The notes under the pieces were generated by a model. It saw only the letters and a program-made list of their open reading frames with translations. It searched no databases and was not told the origin of the DNA. Positions 28,310 through 37,950 of a stretch of DNA of 64,000 bases are shown here, in pieces (positions within the stretch are counted from its first letter, which is position 1; the number at the start of each line of letters is the position of its first letter). This DNA comes from an uncultured Balneolaceae bacterium (GTDB lineage: Bacteria > Bacteroidota > Rhodothermia > Balneolales > Balneolaceae), in NCBI GenBank assembly GCA_964449075.1, contig CAYVBJ010000013.1:12436-76435 (forward strand). Reading direction: 5' to 3'. The translations under genes and the position numbers were made by a program.

Positions 28310-29950
28310 TTACTTTTCAGTTTGAGATTCTTCTTTGGATTTCCTTCTTTTTTCGATGAGATGTACCACCGTATCGCGGTACGATTCGCGTTCGGCCTCT
28401 TTTTCCATTCTCAGTTTTTTTGCATGCTCTTCATTTAACCCGGTATAGAGGCTATAGCACATAATCAGCAGTATAAGTGCGAAAGGCAAACCTGACGTAA
28501 TCGCAGCTGTCTGAAGAGCACCCAATCCTCCGCCTATCAGTAAAACAGCGGCGACAATTCCCTCGGTTTGTGCCCAGAAAATACGCTGACCTACCGGTGC
28601 GTCGAGCTTTCCTCCGCTCGTCAATCCGTCGATGACCAGAGACCCTGAATCAGATGATGTTACAAAAAAGCTGATGACAAGCACAATCGCGATCATGGAG
28701 GTTATGGAAACAAGTGGAAATTGCTCCAGCAGCACATACAGTGCTGTTGCAACGTTTTCCTGAACGGCAGCCCCGATCGTGCCAATTCCTTCCAGTTCAA
28801 GGCTGATTGCCGTTCCGCCAAAAGCAGATAACCATAAAAATGTAATGATACTCGGCACAATCAGTACTCCCAGTACAAACTCTTTTACTGTTCTTCCTTT
28901 TGATATTCTTGCTATAAACATACCAACATAAGGTGACCAGGAGATCCACCATGCCCAGTAGAATACTGTCCAGCTGTTCTGCCAGTCGGTGCCCTGGTAG
29001 CTCTCTGTCCAAAAACTGTAATTGGGAATATTGGTGATATAGTGGCCAACATTCTGTACAAATGAGTCAAAAATATAGATCGTTGGACCCACAAAGATCA
29101 TGAATATCAGAAATATAGCGGCAACACGAACATTAAATTCACTCAGTACTCTAACGCCTTTATCGAGGCCAAGTACAACCGAAACTGTTGCAATCATCGT
29201 AATTCCGAGAATCAATCCAACCTGCATCCAGACGGTATCGGGTGTTCCAAACAGGTAGTTAAGACCTGCACTAACCTGTGCCACACCGAGTCCGAGTGAA
29301 GTTGCAAGTCCGAAAAGTGTTGCAAGTACGGCAAGAATATCGATCAAATCACCAATCCATCCATTAATTCGATCACCAAGAAGCGGGTAGAAAACAGAAC
29401 GAAAAGAGAGCGGCAGCTTTCGGTTGAAAGCAAAAAAGGCAAGTGCTAAACCAACAACGGCATAAATGGCCCATGCATGAAATCCCCAGTGAAGAAATGT
29501 AAGTCCCATTGCTTCTCTTGCCGCTTCAACAGTACCACCTTCTCCCATAGGAGGCCCGGTAAAATGGAAGACGGGTTCGGCAACACTCCAGAACATGATT
29601 CCAATTCCCATTCCGGCGCTGAAGAGCATGGCAAACCACGCAAGGTTACTGAATTCAGGTTTTGCATCGTTACCACCAAGCCGTATCGAACCAACTTTAC
29701 TAAAAGCGATAAAGAGAGAGAACACCAAAAATATATTTACGGAAAGAACAAAGAACCAGCCTCCCATATTGGAAATGGTAGCTTGAGCAGCCGAAAACAT
29801 GGCATCCGCCTGATCGCCCAGTGCCAGGGTTGTAACTATCATGATTATGATCAAAATAGAAGCCGGCCAGAATACAGGTTTATGGATATCAAAATATCGA
29901 TTGATACCTGTGCGGGGCTTTGTTTCTTCATCTACATTTCGAAGTGCCAT
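28310..29950 (-). CDS. BCCT-family betaine/choline/carnitine transporter
   Basis: 546 aa, about 12 TM helices, with the BCCT signature WTVFYWAWWISWSPYVGMFIARISKGRT. Confidence 0.9.
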   Translation of the reverse strand: MALRNVDEETKPRTGINRYFDIHKPVFWPASILIIIMIVTTLALGDQADAMFSAAQATISNMGGWFFVLSVNIFLVFSLFIAFSKVGSIRLGGNDAKPEFSNLAWFAMLFSAGMGIGIMFWSVAEPVFHFTGPPMGEGGTVEAAREAMGLTFLHWGFHAWAIYAVVGLALAFFAFNRKLPLSFRSVFYPLLGDRINGWIGDLIDILAVLATLFGLATSLGLGVAQVSAGLNYLFGTPDTVWMQVGLILGITMIATVSVVLGLDKGVRVLSEFNVRVAAIFLIFMIFVGPTIYIFDSFVQNVGHYITNIPNYSFWTESYQGTDWQNSWTVFYWAWWISWSPYVGMFIARISKGRTVKEFVLGVLIVPSIITFLWLSAFGGTAISLELEGIGTIGAAVQENVATALYVLLEQFPLVSITSMIAIVLVISFFVTSSDSGSLVIDGLTSGGKLDAPVGQRIFWAQTEGIVAAVLLIGGGLGALQTAAITSGLPFALILLIMCYSLYTGLNEEHAKKLRMEKEAERESYRDTVVHLIEKRRKSKEESQTEK

Positions 29951-29984
29951 AAAAAGCAGTTTGTTAAGTTTATTAATTTAGATT

Positions 29985-31184
29985 TTAAAAGTAATAACCA
30001 ATATTGATATTAAATCTGCTGTTAAAGCGAGGGTCTTCTACTCCCTCATCCATGCCCACTCCAAAATCACTTGTGAGCCAGGGATGGTTCAGGCCTGATG
30101 CAAGATCAAAATAGATGAACATATTGCCTACTGTTGCAAGCATACCCAGTACATTTTGATGTGACTCGTTAAATGAAGAATTGGCTTTATCCATGAAGGT
30201 ATAATCATCATAGAAGGTTAAATTTGATACCGGGCCAAAGTCAACATCCCAGGAGTAAGCAATCCCTAAAGAGTACATGGCAGCTTCAGATGCAATATCA
30301 TAAGGAATTCCGTACGCACCAACATTTATGAGTTCAGCGCTGCTTCCATCATCATTCAGTGCATTAAAATTATAGTACGTAAACTGGCCTAAAATATTCC
30401 AGTTCCCATAATTGCCGTCTAAATGGAATGCCAGTGCAGAACGGTCGCTGAAGTCATCAAGCACTGAATTATAGATTCCGCCATACATCACGGAGCCCCC
30501 GATTTCAGTACTCCCGTTTCCGTGGGTCAGCAATCTTGAATAGCGGATATTTCCCTGTTGCTTTTCCTGGTTTGAAAATCCTTCAGTCGGAATCATGTCA
30601 TACGAGTACCTTCCGGATCCGCCAATGCCAAAAGAAGCTTCGCCATTTGCAGGACCGGACGGCTCCGGCTGGATAAAATAGGCGACCATCAAATCCCATT
30701 TTTTTTCTTTATGGATCACCTTTATACCCATATCGTGATCATCTTCAAGACCTACATAATAGGGACCCTGGAACCACCAGTTGTGAGAGTTGTATTGCAG
30801 GTTACCGAATGGTACCTGGGTAACTCCGAGCTGAACAGTGGTTTTATCGGTTATACCGTGTTCAAACCAGCCCTGTTTAATAAAATGTGTATTAAAAGTA
30901 GGGTAAAACCGGTATTCGAAATTGATACCCACTCCGGAATGCTCAGCGAGGATATTGATTCTCCAGGTGTCAAATGTGAACTGGGTTGAATTTGGATCTG
31001 TACCTCCCTCAAAATCGCGGTGAAGCAGATTAAAGCGAAGTGCACCCCCCACTTTCAGAAAATCTTCACTCTCGTCTTCATCTGACTGGGCATAAGCATT
31101 TGAAGCACCTGTAAACAGCAAGATTGAAGAGACGGCTACAAATATAGTAAAAGAATAAATGAATATTTTTAGCAATTTTTTCAT
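29985..31184 (-). CDS. Outer-membrane porin-like beta-barrel protein
   Basis: 399 aa with a signal peptide ending AYAQ, alternating beta-strand pattern, aromatic girdle residues and a C-terminal ...NIGYYF. It lies directly upstream of the BCCT gene. Confidence 0.55.
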   Translation of the reverse strand: MKKLLKIFIYSFTIFVAVSSILLFTGASNAYAQSDEDESEDFLKVGGALRFNLLHRDFEGGTDPNSTQFTFDTWRINILAEHSGVGINFEYRFYPTFNTHFIKQGWFEHGITDKTTVQLGVTQVPFGNLQYNSHNWWFQGPYYVGLEDDHDMGIKVIHKEKKWDLMVAYFIQPEPSGPANGEASFGIGGSGRYSYDMIPTEGFSNQEKQQGNIRYSRLLTHGNGSTEIGGSVMYGGIYNSVLDDFSDRSALAFHLDGNYGNWNILGQFTYYNFNALNDDGSSAELINVGAYGIPYDIASEAAMYSLGIAYSWDVDFGPVSNLTFYDDYTFMDKANSSFNESHQNVLGMLATVGNMFIYFDLASGLNHPWLTSDFGVGMDEGVEDPRFNSRFNINIGYYF

Positions 31185-31460
31185 AAAAAAATCCCTGAAA
31201 TTTTAGCAGGTTAGTAAATTGAGAATTTTAAGATTACATCTAAAATAGTAAACTTTTTTTCATCACGAAAATATATCTCATATAATATAAGAACATATTG
31301 CAAAAATTTATACTTTTACAAACGATTTCTCTCTTTTCTTATAAAAGAAAGATGAGCAGAGCAGTTTATGCATCTACATGGCAGAAAGCTGTTTAAGCAG
31401 ATTTGAATTAGCTTTAATTTTATTATATTCATCCGAAATCAAACTTTACGTAACAAAAAA

Positions 31461-32747
31461 ATGAAATTGAAAATATTCTTAATACTGACAGGTCTGCTTC
31501 TCTTTAATTTTTCTGAAGTTTATTCTCAGCGTACAATTTTACATGCCGGAAAGTTATTTGATGGCAGATCTGATGATATCATGTATGAAATGAGTATTAT
31601 CATTGAGGAGGGAAGGATTCTGAAGGTCAGTGACGGATATGAGCAGCCGGATCCGGAAGACACTGTAATCGATTTGAAGAATAAAACTGTAATGCCGGGC
31701 CTTATTGATTTGCATGTTCACCTGGAGGGTGAGACAAGTCCCACAAGATATATGGATGCATTTACTCTCAATGATGCAGATAAAGCTTATCGGTCAACAC
31801 TCTACGCAAAACGAACACTGTTGGCCGGATTCACCACTGTTCGTGAACTTGGGGGTACAGGGGTGAATATATCTTTGAGAAATGCAATCAACGAAGGTTT
31901 TGTCGATGGCCCGAGAATTATAACTGTAGGAAAATCGATTGCCACTACCGGTGGTCATGCAGACCCCACCAATGGCTGGAAGCATGATTTAATGGGTGAT
32001 CCGGGCCCGTCTCTGGGTGTTGCAAATGGTGTAGATGAGGCCAGAAAAGCGGTCCGCCAGAGATATAAAAATGGAGCTGATCATATAAAAATAACAGCTA
32101 CCGGTGGTGTTTTAAGTGTGGCAAAATCGGGTGACGCTCCCCAGTTTTTTGATGATGAATTGAAAGCAATCGTGGAAACAGCACGCGATTACGGGATGCA
32201 CGTTGCAGCTCATGCACATGGAGCAGAAGGAATGAAACGCGCTGTTGAAGCCGGCGTGCTTACCATCGAACACGGCACCAAAATGACAACCGAAGTGATG
32301 GATTTAATGATCGAAAAAGGAGCGTACTATGTACCAACGATCACGGCTGGAAAATGGGTTGCCGAAAAAGCTAAAGAGGATGGCTATTACCCGGCACTTG
32401 TGGTGCCCAAAGCACTGGAAATTGGCCCGATGATACAGAATACTTTTGCGGAGGCATACAGCCGCGGTGTGAAAATTGCCTTTGGAACTGATGCAGGTGT
32501 ATTTCCTCATGGTTTAAACGGACAAGAGTTTGCATATATGGCGGAAGCAGGAATGCCTGTTCTTGAATCGATCAAAAGTGCCACCATTATTGCAGCTGAG
32601 GTTCTTGGTCTTCAGGACGAAATTGGAAGTATAGAGGCCGGAAAAGAGGCTGATATTATAGCTGTTGATCAGAATCCTGTTGAAAATATTGAGACGATGA
32701 CCAGGGTATCCTTTGTGATGAAAGGCGGCAAGGTTTACAAACAGTAA
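31461..32747 (+). CDS. Amidohydrolase-family metallohydrolase, secreted
   Basis: 428 aa with a signal peptide and metal ligands in LIDLHVHLEG, AAHAHG and FGTDAGV, characteristic of the amidohydrolase superfamily. Confidence 0.85.
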   Translation: MKLKIFLILTGLLLFNFSEVYSQRTILHAGKLFDGRSDDIMYEMSIIIEEGRILKVSDGYEQPDPEDTVIDLKNKTVMPGLIDLHVHLEGETSPTRYMDAFTLNDADKAYRSTLYAKRTLLAGFTTVRELGGTGVNISLRNAINEGFVDGPRIITVGKSIATTGGHADPTNGWKHDLMGDPGPSLGVANGVDEARKAVRQRYKNGADHIKITATGGVLSVAKSGDAPQFFDDELKAIVETARDYGMHVAAHAHGAEGMKRAVEAGVLTIEHGTKMTTEVMDLMIEKGAYYVPTITAGKWVAEKAKEDGYYPALVVPKALEIGPMIQNTFAEAYSRGVKIAFGTDAGVFPHGLNGQEFAYMAEAGMPVLESIKSATIIAAEVLGLQDEIGSIEAGKEADIIAVDQNPVENIETMTRVSFVMKGGKVYKQ

Positions 32748-32768
32748 AAATTTTGAAACGAATCTCAC

Positions 32769-32805
32769 AAAAAAAGCCGGATAAGTAATTTACCCGGCTT
32801 TTTTA
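32769..32805. terminator. Bidirectional intrinsic terminator
   Basis: aaaaaagccgg-(13 nt)-ccggctttttt lies between convergent genes (amidohydrolase on plus, OMP on minus), with A/T runs on both sides. Confidence 0.7.
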
Positions 32806-32823
32806 TCAATCGAGGTAATTACT

Positions 32824-33558
32824 TTAGAAGTTCAGAACCATGCTGAATTCAAAATCTGTATTATAGGTTTTGCTGGTTTGATTATACTTCATAATCAATG
32901 CCGGAACTGCAGTTAGCGTTGTGTTGCCGGAAATATGTATTGATGTATCAAATCCAACTTTAGGACCGAACTGAAATCCGTTAAAAGCCTGTGTCGGGTT
33001 CGTTGAAGTATGAGAAGTTGTTGGCAACTGGTAGTCTCCATAACCCATATATGTACCGATATTGGGTCTGACCGTTATATTTTCAGCTGCTTCCATCTCG
33101 TAATAAACAGAAGAGAGAGCAACAGCAGAAACTGTACTTGGCGTATCACTTCCGGTGTCGGAGCTGAACAGAAATCCGCGGTAAGCTCTGAGTTCAACTC
33201 TGCCGGTAAAAGGTGAATTATTACTTAATTTATCAGTATAACCTGCAAGAATACCAATATTCATCATCGAAAAATTAAAACTCTGTTCTGTAAGTGATTT
33301 TGACTCATTTGAAAAAAATTCAGCATGCAGTGCGATATCGAAATTTTCATTAAAACGATATCCCGCCATCGGGCCTATTTTCTGAGTAGACTCTACAATA
33401 TTGCTTCTGATAAAAAATGAAGAGAGTACAGGTGAGAAAAAACCTTCATTTTGAGTATAAATAGTTTGTGCTTTTACTCCGGGTGCAGCAGTTAACATAA
33501 AACTGCTTAGAACAATAGCTGCTAATAAATAATGTGAAAATCGAAATGTCCCTTTCAT
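32824..33558 (-). CDS. Small outer-membrane beta-barrel protein
   Basis: 244 aa with a signal peptide (AAPGVKAQ), alternating hydrophobic pattern and a C-terminal ...SMVLNF. Confidence 0.5.
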   Translation of the reverse strand: MKGTFRFSHYLLAAIVLSSFMLTAAPGVKAQTIYTQNEGFFSPVLSSFFIRSNIVESTQKIGPMAGYRFNENFDIALHAEFFSNESKSLTEQSFNFSMMNIGILAGYTDKLSNNSPFTGRVELRAYRGFLFSSDTGSDTPSTVSAVALSSVYYEMEAAENITVRPNIGTYMGYGDYQLPTTSHTSTNPTQAFNGFQFGPKVGFDTSIHISGNTTLTAVPALIMKYNQTSKTYNTDFEFSMVLNF

Positions 33559-34057
33559 AATAAATTTCCCAATAAATTAAAACATGTTGAATAAATCCCG
33601 GGATCCGTATATGATATTTTTCTTTTTATTTAAATGATCCCATTCAACAGTTTGTTTAAATGTCTGATTCAATATACCCGTAGCTCTGTCACGTTTCAAA
33701 ATTAGCAAGATTAGAAAACGCTAATATTCAGAGTTCATTTGTAACAATTGTTCAGCTGCTTTGTCTCCCCGATTTGTAGATTTGGAATATATGCTGCATT
33801 AACTAAAAACCATTCTTATACAGTGTATAAAGCCACTTTCAGGAAATTTATTCTAATGAGAGTGCTCTTGTTTTTCTGGGATTATTGCACAAGAAACAGG
33901 CGATAAACGGAGAAGGGTTGTTTTCTTAGAGTTTTATTATAAACAGGTTGAATCTGAAAAATTCAGGAAAGCCAGTAGTTCAAAAGGAATCTATTTGTTT
34001 ATAAAAAGCACACGTAGTCTATAATACTTATAAATAATCTCAGAGAGAGATCAATAC

Positions 34058-35311
34058 TCAATACCCGATAATCCCGTAGGATACCGCACTGTGCCGGTCG
34101 CTCTCATCCCACCATTGATAATCCAGGATTTTTCCGTTGACTTTCGGAAACGTTTTTAAGAAGGTTAAAATAGGTGGAAATCCGCAAACTCTGAATGGAT
34201 CGTATCCGGTGCTGATATGTTCAAGCAGATCTTCTGATCTGTTTTTTGATGCCAGCTCAAGAAAAGCTTTATCAAATACGCTTACGCGGTTTCGCATATT
34301 GGAAGCGGGCCTGTCATCTCCGAATTTCATTCCGATATGGGAAAGGTCTCCGCTGATCAGATAGAAAGTATCAGGATCATCGAGGGATTTAATTAGATCA
34401 GAAAAGTTGTTTATATAGTTGTTAAGAGCGCCGTCTTTTTTGTAGAAAAGTTCTTCGAAGCTCCCTACAAGAATGGGAACAATTTTAAAATCATGGTTCC
34501 AAACGTGATTGGCAAAAAGCAGGTGGAGCTCAATGCTATGTTCTGTGCGATGTGCACGGTCTTTTTCGGTGTATCCTATTGATTCAGAGTTTTTTTTCAG
34601 CTGATCCAGGTACTCTTCATCAACTTTCAAATTTCCGGCGGCAGATAAATGTGTTTTACGTGACCCAATAAAGGGTTTGTTTTCATATAACCCGGGATAA
34701 TAACCTGAATAGTGGGAAGTGGCTAAAATAACCACCCTTTTCGGAGTGAGTGATTTTATAGTGGAAAAAGCTTTAGCATAACTGCTGCCACCGATATCCG
34801 TATCTATATGGGGTGCAAACAGCGCTTTCTGTGGTTTATAAGGTGAAGATGAACTTTCAGAATCAAGTAAACTTCGAACATATTCATACTGTTCTTCTTT
34901 CTCCGCAGGATATGAACTGCCGGCAAGTAAAGGCTGACGAACAGACTGCTTTTCATAATTTTCTTCAACAGATCGAGAATAATTTTTAAATTGATCTGTT
35001 TCAAGAAGCATTTCCTGATCCAGCATCTGTATAAATTTGAGCAGATCTTCCTTTTCAATACTTCCACCCAGCATCTCCCGGATTTGCTCTATACTCAGCC
35101 GTCCGTTAATCAGAGAAAGTACAGGTTCAACCTGCCTGTTCAGGGCAAATTCCGGGTTTGTATACTTCAGGGCGTCGTAAAAATAAAAGTAAAAATCGCC
35201 ATTGCTCTGGACAGGTATCATTTGAATATCCCGCCTGACAGGCGGAACAGGTTTTGTGACTGAATTAAAATAAACAGTATGATCCATAATCAGTTTCTCA
35301 TCTTTTGGCAT
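34058..35311 (-). CDS. MEMO1-family protein (AmmeMemoRadiSam system protein B-like) with an N-terminal extension of about 110 aa
   Basis: Memo motifs appear in order: AGSSYPAE, FAPHIDTDIGGSSYAKAF, ILATSHY, EHSIELHLLF, IVPILVG, ISGDLSHIG, VCGFPP, AVSYGIIGY. An alternative start at ATG 35287 lies 2 nt after the nth stop. Confidence 0.75.
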   Translation of the reverse strand: MPKDEKLIMDHTVYFNSVTKPVPPVRRDIQMIPVQSNGDFYFYFYDALKYTNPEFALNRQVEPVLSLINGRLSIEQIREMLGGSIEKEDLLKFIQMLDQEMLLETDQFKNYSRSVEENYEKQSVRQPLLAGSSYPAEKEEQYEYVRSLLDSESSSSPYKPQKALFAPHIDTDIGGSSYAKAFSTIKSLTPKRVVILATSHYSGYYPGLYENKPFIGSRKTHLSAAGNLKVDEEYLDQLKKNSESIGYTEKDRAHRTEHSIELHLLFANHVWNHDFKIVPILVGSFEELFYKKDGALNNYINNFSDLIKSLDDPDTFYLISGDLSHIGMKFGDDRPASNMRNRVSVFDKAFLELASKNRSEDLLEHISTGYDPFRVCGFPPILTFLKTFPKVNGKILDYQWWDESDRHSAVSYGIIGY

Positions 35312-35982
35312 TTACATTTTTTGCCATAATTTACACAGAGCGGGTGATCCGGAGGAGAAGATATTCTCGCCTTACAGGCATTACGGCCATGATGGATCAG
35401 TAAGTGAGATAGATTTGTCCAGTGTTCACGGGGAAATAGTGCCATCAGGTCTTTTTCAATTTTTGCAGTATTCTTTTTTTCTCTGGTTAAGCCGAAGCGA
35501 TTGGATAATCTTTTTACATGAGTATCAACTACGACTCCTGCATTAATACCATATGCGTTGCCAAGTACTACATTTGCTGTTTTCCGCGCTGCTCCGCGAA
35601 GAGATAACAAATCATCCATATTATCCGGCACCTTGCCATCAAACTCTTCAACTATTTTCTGAGATGCCTCCTTTAATGCTTTTGCTTTATTCCTGTAAAA
35701 TCCTGTCGTTCTGATCAGCTCCTCCAATTCCGGAAGGGGGGCTTCAGACATTGCTTCAGGCGTAGGATATTCCTTAAAAAGTTGCGGAGTAACTTTATTC
35801 ACTCTTACATCTGTGCACTGGGCACTAAGAATCGTTGCAATTAAAAGTTCAAACGGGTTACTGTGATTCAGCTCGCACCTCGGATTCGGGTAAAATTCAT
35901 ACAACTGATCCAGGATCTCTCTGGCTCTCTCTTTTTGTTTTTTTGATTTTCGGGGAAGTGATGGAATGTCGTGCTGATTCAT
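35290..35982 (-). CDS. nth: Endonuclease III (DNA-(apurinic/apyrimidinic site) lyase / glycosylase)
   Basis: 230 aa HhH-GPD protein with ELLIATILSAQCTD, LRGAARKTANVVL, VVVDTHVKRLSNRFGL and four C-terminal Cys. Confidence 0.9.
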   Translation of the reverse strand: MNQHDIPSLPRKSKKQKERAREILDQLYEFYPNPRCELNHSNPFELLIATILSAQCTDVRVNKVTPQLFKEYPTPEAMSEAPLPELEELIRTTGFYRNKAKALKEASQKIVEEFDGKVPDNMDDLLSLRGAARKTANVVLGNAYGINAGVVVDTHVKRLSNRFGLTREKKNTAKIEKDLMALFPREHWTNLSHLLIHHGRNACKARISSPPDHPLCVNYGKKCKCQKMRN

Positions 35983-36239
35983 TTCTGATCGTCGGGATAA
36001 AAAAATTAAAATGTATTCTCAAACATCGCTATAAAGATAACTCAAAGCAAAATTTTCTAAATATCAGTGAGTAATGAAGTATATGCTGATAACGTAATTT
36101 TTTATTTTTTACTGTTAACTGTTTCATGATGCAGTTATAGACTGAAGAAATAATATTTCTATATTATTTACAGAGTCTGGTTCCAATATATAAGCGAATC
36201 CTCGATATTTAATGCTTAAAATTAATTAACCTGTTTAAA

Positions 36240-37904
36240 ATGCCTTACAGAGCCTCAGAGCAGACGCTAAAAATACTAAAAAAAGGTCTCCAAAGGGAAG
36301 CTGAACCCTTTAGATTTTTAATGAGATGTATTGAAGTTATTACAATCACTTTTATTCTTGCCGGTTTCGCAATGATTTATTTTAATCTTGAGCTGGCAGG
36401 TATATTAATGATTACAGGAGGTTTGATACTCTATGGTTTTGAAGAACTTTTCCTCCAAAAAAGGAGTACTATTGTTCGAATATACGGGCCTCTCGGAAGA
36501 ATGAGGTATGTATTTGAACAGGAATTCCGCGACAAGTTTCTTCAGTATTTTAACGAGAGAAATACTGACGGCCGCCCGATACCCAGAATTGTAAGAGACT
36601 ATATCTATCAACGTTCGAAGGATGTACCGGCTTTGTCAAGTTTCGGAACTGAACTGGACAATTTTGATATCGAAAATACGGTTAATGCCCGCCTGCTTCA
36701 CAATAATTTCGGACAGCCTTCCAGATGCCATGAATTCAGAGTTACAGTTGGTGCACACCGAAAGGAAGTGGCGTCATTTGATGTTATCAATACAATGAAT
36801 GTTTCGGCAATGAGTTACGGTGCAATAAACTGGAAATCAGCGGAATCGCTTAGCAACGGCGCGGCAGGAGTCGCTTTCGTCAACACAGGAGAAGGAGGGT
36901 TCGGACCGCACGGTGTTGGAGGAAATGATACGGTATTCCAGCTTGGAACAGGTAAATTTGGTGCCGGTGACAGTGTAAAACTTGACGACGGAACAGAAAC
37001 ACGAAAACTGAATGAAGAGCTGTTATGTGAACTTGTGAGAGAGCATGACAATATCAAAATGATTCAGTTAAAAATTTCGCAGGGAGCTAAACCAGGAATT
37101 GGCGGTCACCTCCCCGGCTGCAAAGTTAATGAAGAGATTGCGTCAGTAAGAAAAATTCCCGTTGGTGTGTCGGCGATCAGTCCGCCTCAGCACTATGAAC
37201 TTATGTCCCGAAATCCTAAAGAAGCCATTTTGAAATTGATGGATTTTACCAAACAGATCAGGAAACTGACAGAGCTGCCGGTTAGTATTAAACTGACAGT
37301 TGGAAAGCTCAGCGAATTAAATCTGCTCGTGGATGCTATGAAAGAAACCGGGGAAGGGCCGGATGATATTCAGCTTGACGGAGCAGATGGCGGAACGGGG
37401 GCCGGGCCTAATTTATATCTCAATTATATCGGGTATGGCGGAGCTGTTGAACCGCTTTCCTATCTTCACAATAAATTGAAGAAAGCCGGATTGCGTGATA
37501 AAGTTACACTCAATACGTCCGGACGATTTTTTACACCGGCTCACGCTGTGGTTGCATTTGCACTGGGAGCCGATTACGTTCAGTCAGCCCGTGGCCCGAT
37601 GCTGGCACTCGGCTGTATTCAGTCGTTACGATGTCATACCAATAAATGTCCCGCAGGTATTACTACAAATAATGCATGGCGAATGCGAGGAATTGATATA
37701 CCTGATAAATCGGTTCGGGTAAATTGTTACTTGCGAGGATTTCATCATGATATGATGGAGATTACACGCACTCTCGGCCATGAAGATCCGAGAGATATCA
37801 ACCCTGAAGATATACGGCTAATGTCGAAAGACATGCCATTTGAAGAGTATTTTGCCGACGATCCTGATGGTATTGTATATCCGCCTCGTGCAATTCTTCA
37901 GTAA
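36240..37904 (+). CDS. FMN-binding glutamate synthase-family protein (GltB central-domain-like), membrane-anchored
   Basis: 554 aa with an N-terminal TM pair. Motifs KISQGAKPGIGGHLPG and LDGADGGTGAGP parallel the GltS FMN domain (QGAKPGEGGQLPG / GHDGGTGA). Confidence 0.85.
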   Translation: MPYRASEQTLKILKKGLQREAEPFRFLMRCIEVITITFILAGFAMIYFNLELAGILMITGGLILYGFEELFLQKRSTIVRIYGPLGRMRYVFEQEFRDKFLQYFNERNTDGRPIPRIVRDYIYQRSKDVPALSSFGTELDNFDIENTVNARLLHNNFGQPSRCHEFRVTVGAHRKEVASFDVINTMNVSAMSYGAINWKSAESLSNGAAGVAFVNTGEGGFGPHGVGGNDTVFQLGTGKFGAGDSVKLDDGTETRKLNEELLCELVREHDNIKMIQLKISQGAKPGIGGHLPGCKVNEEIASVRKIPVGVSAISPPQHYELMSRNPKEAILKLMDFTKQIRKLTELPVSIKLTVGKLSELNLLVDAMKETGEGPDDIQLDGADGGTGAGPNLYLNYIGYGGAVEPLSYLHNKLKKAGLRDKVTLNTSGRFFTPAHAVVAFALGADYVQSARGPMLALGCIQSLRCHTNKCPAGITTNNAWRMRGIDIPDKSVRVNCYLRGFHHDMMEITRTLGHEDPRDINPEDIRLMSKDMPFEEYFADDPDGIVYPPRAILQ

Positions 37905-37950
37905 ACAGAGGTGTTAAAACATTTTTATGAGCGAACCGTGCATTCTGAAA

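Noticed and set aside
29477-30007. 176-aa plus-strand ORF
   Set aside because: It is antisense to the BCCT transporter gene and has an arbitrary composition.
31300-31350. Imperfect palindrome tctcttttcttataaaagaaagatga in the porin/amidohydrolase divergent spacer as an operator
   Set aside because: It is AT-rich and imperfect, in an AT-rich promoter region. That is not distinguishable from chance by eye.
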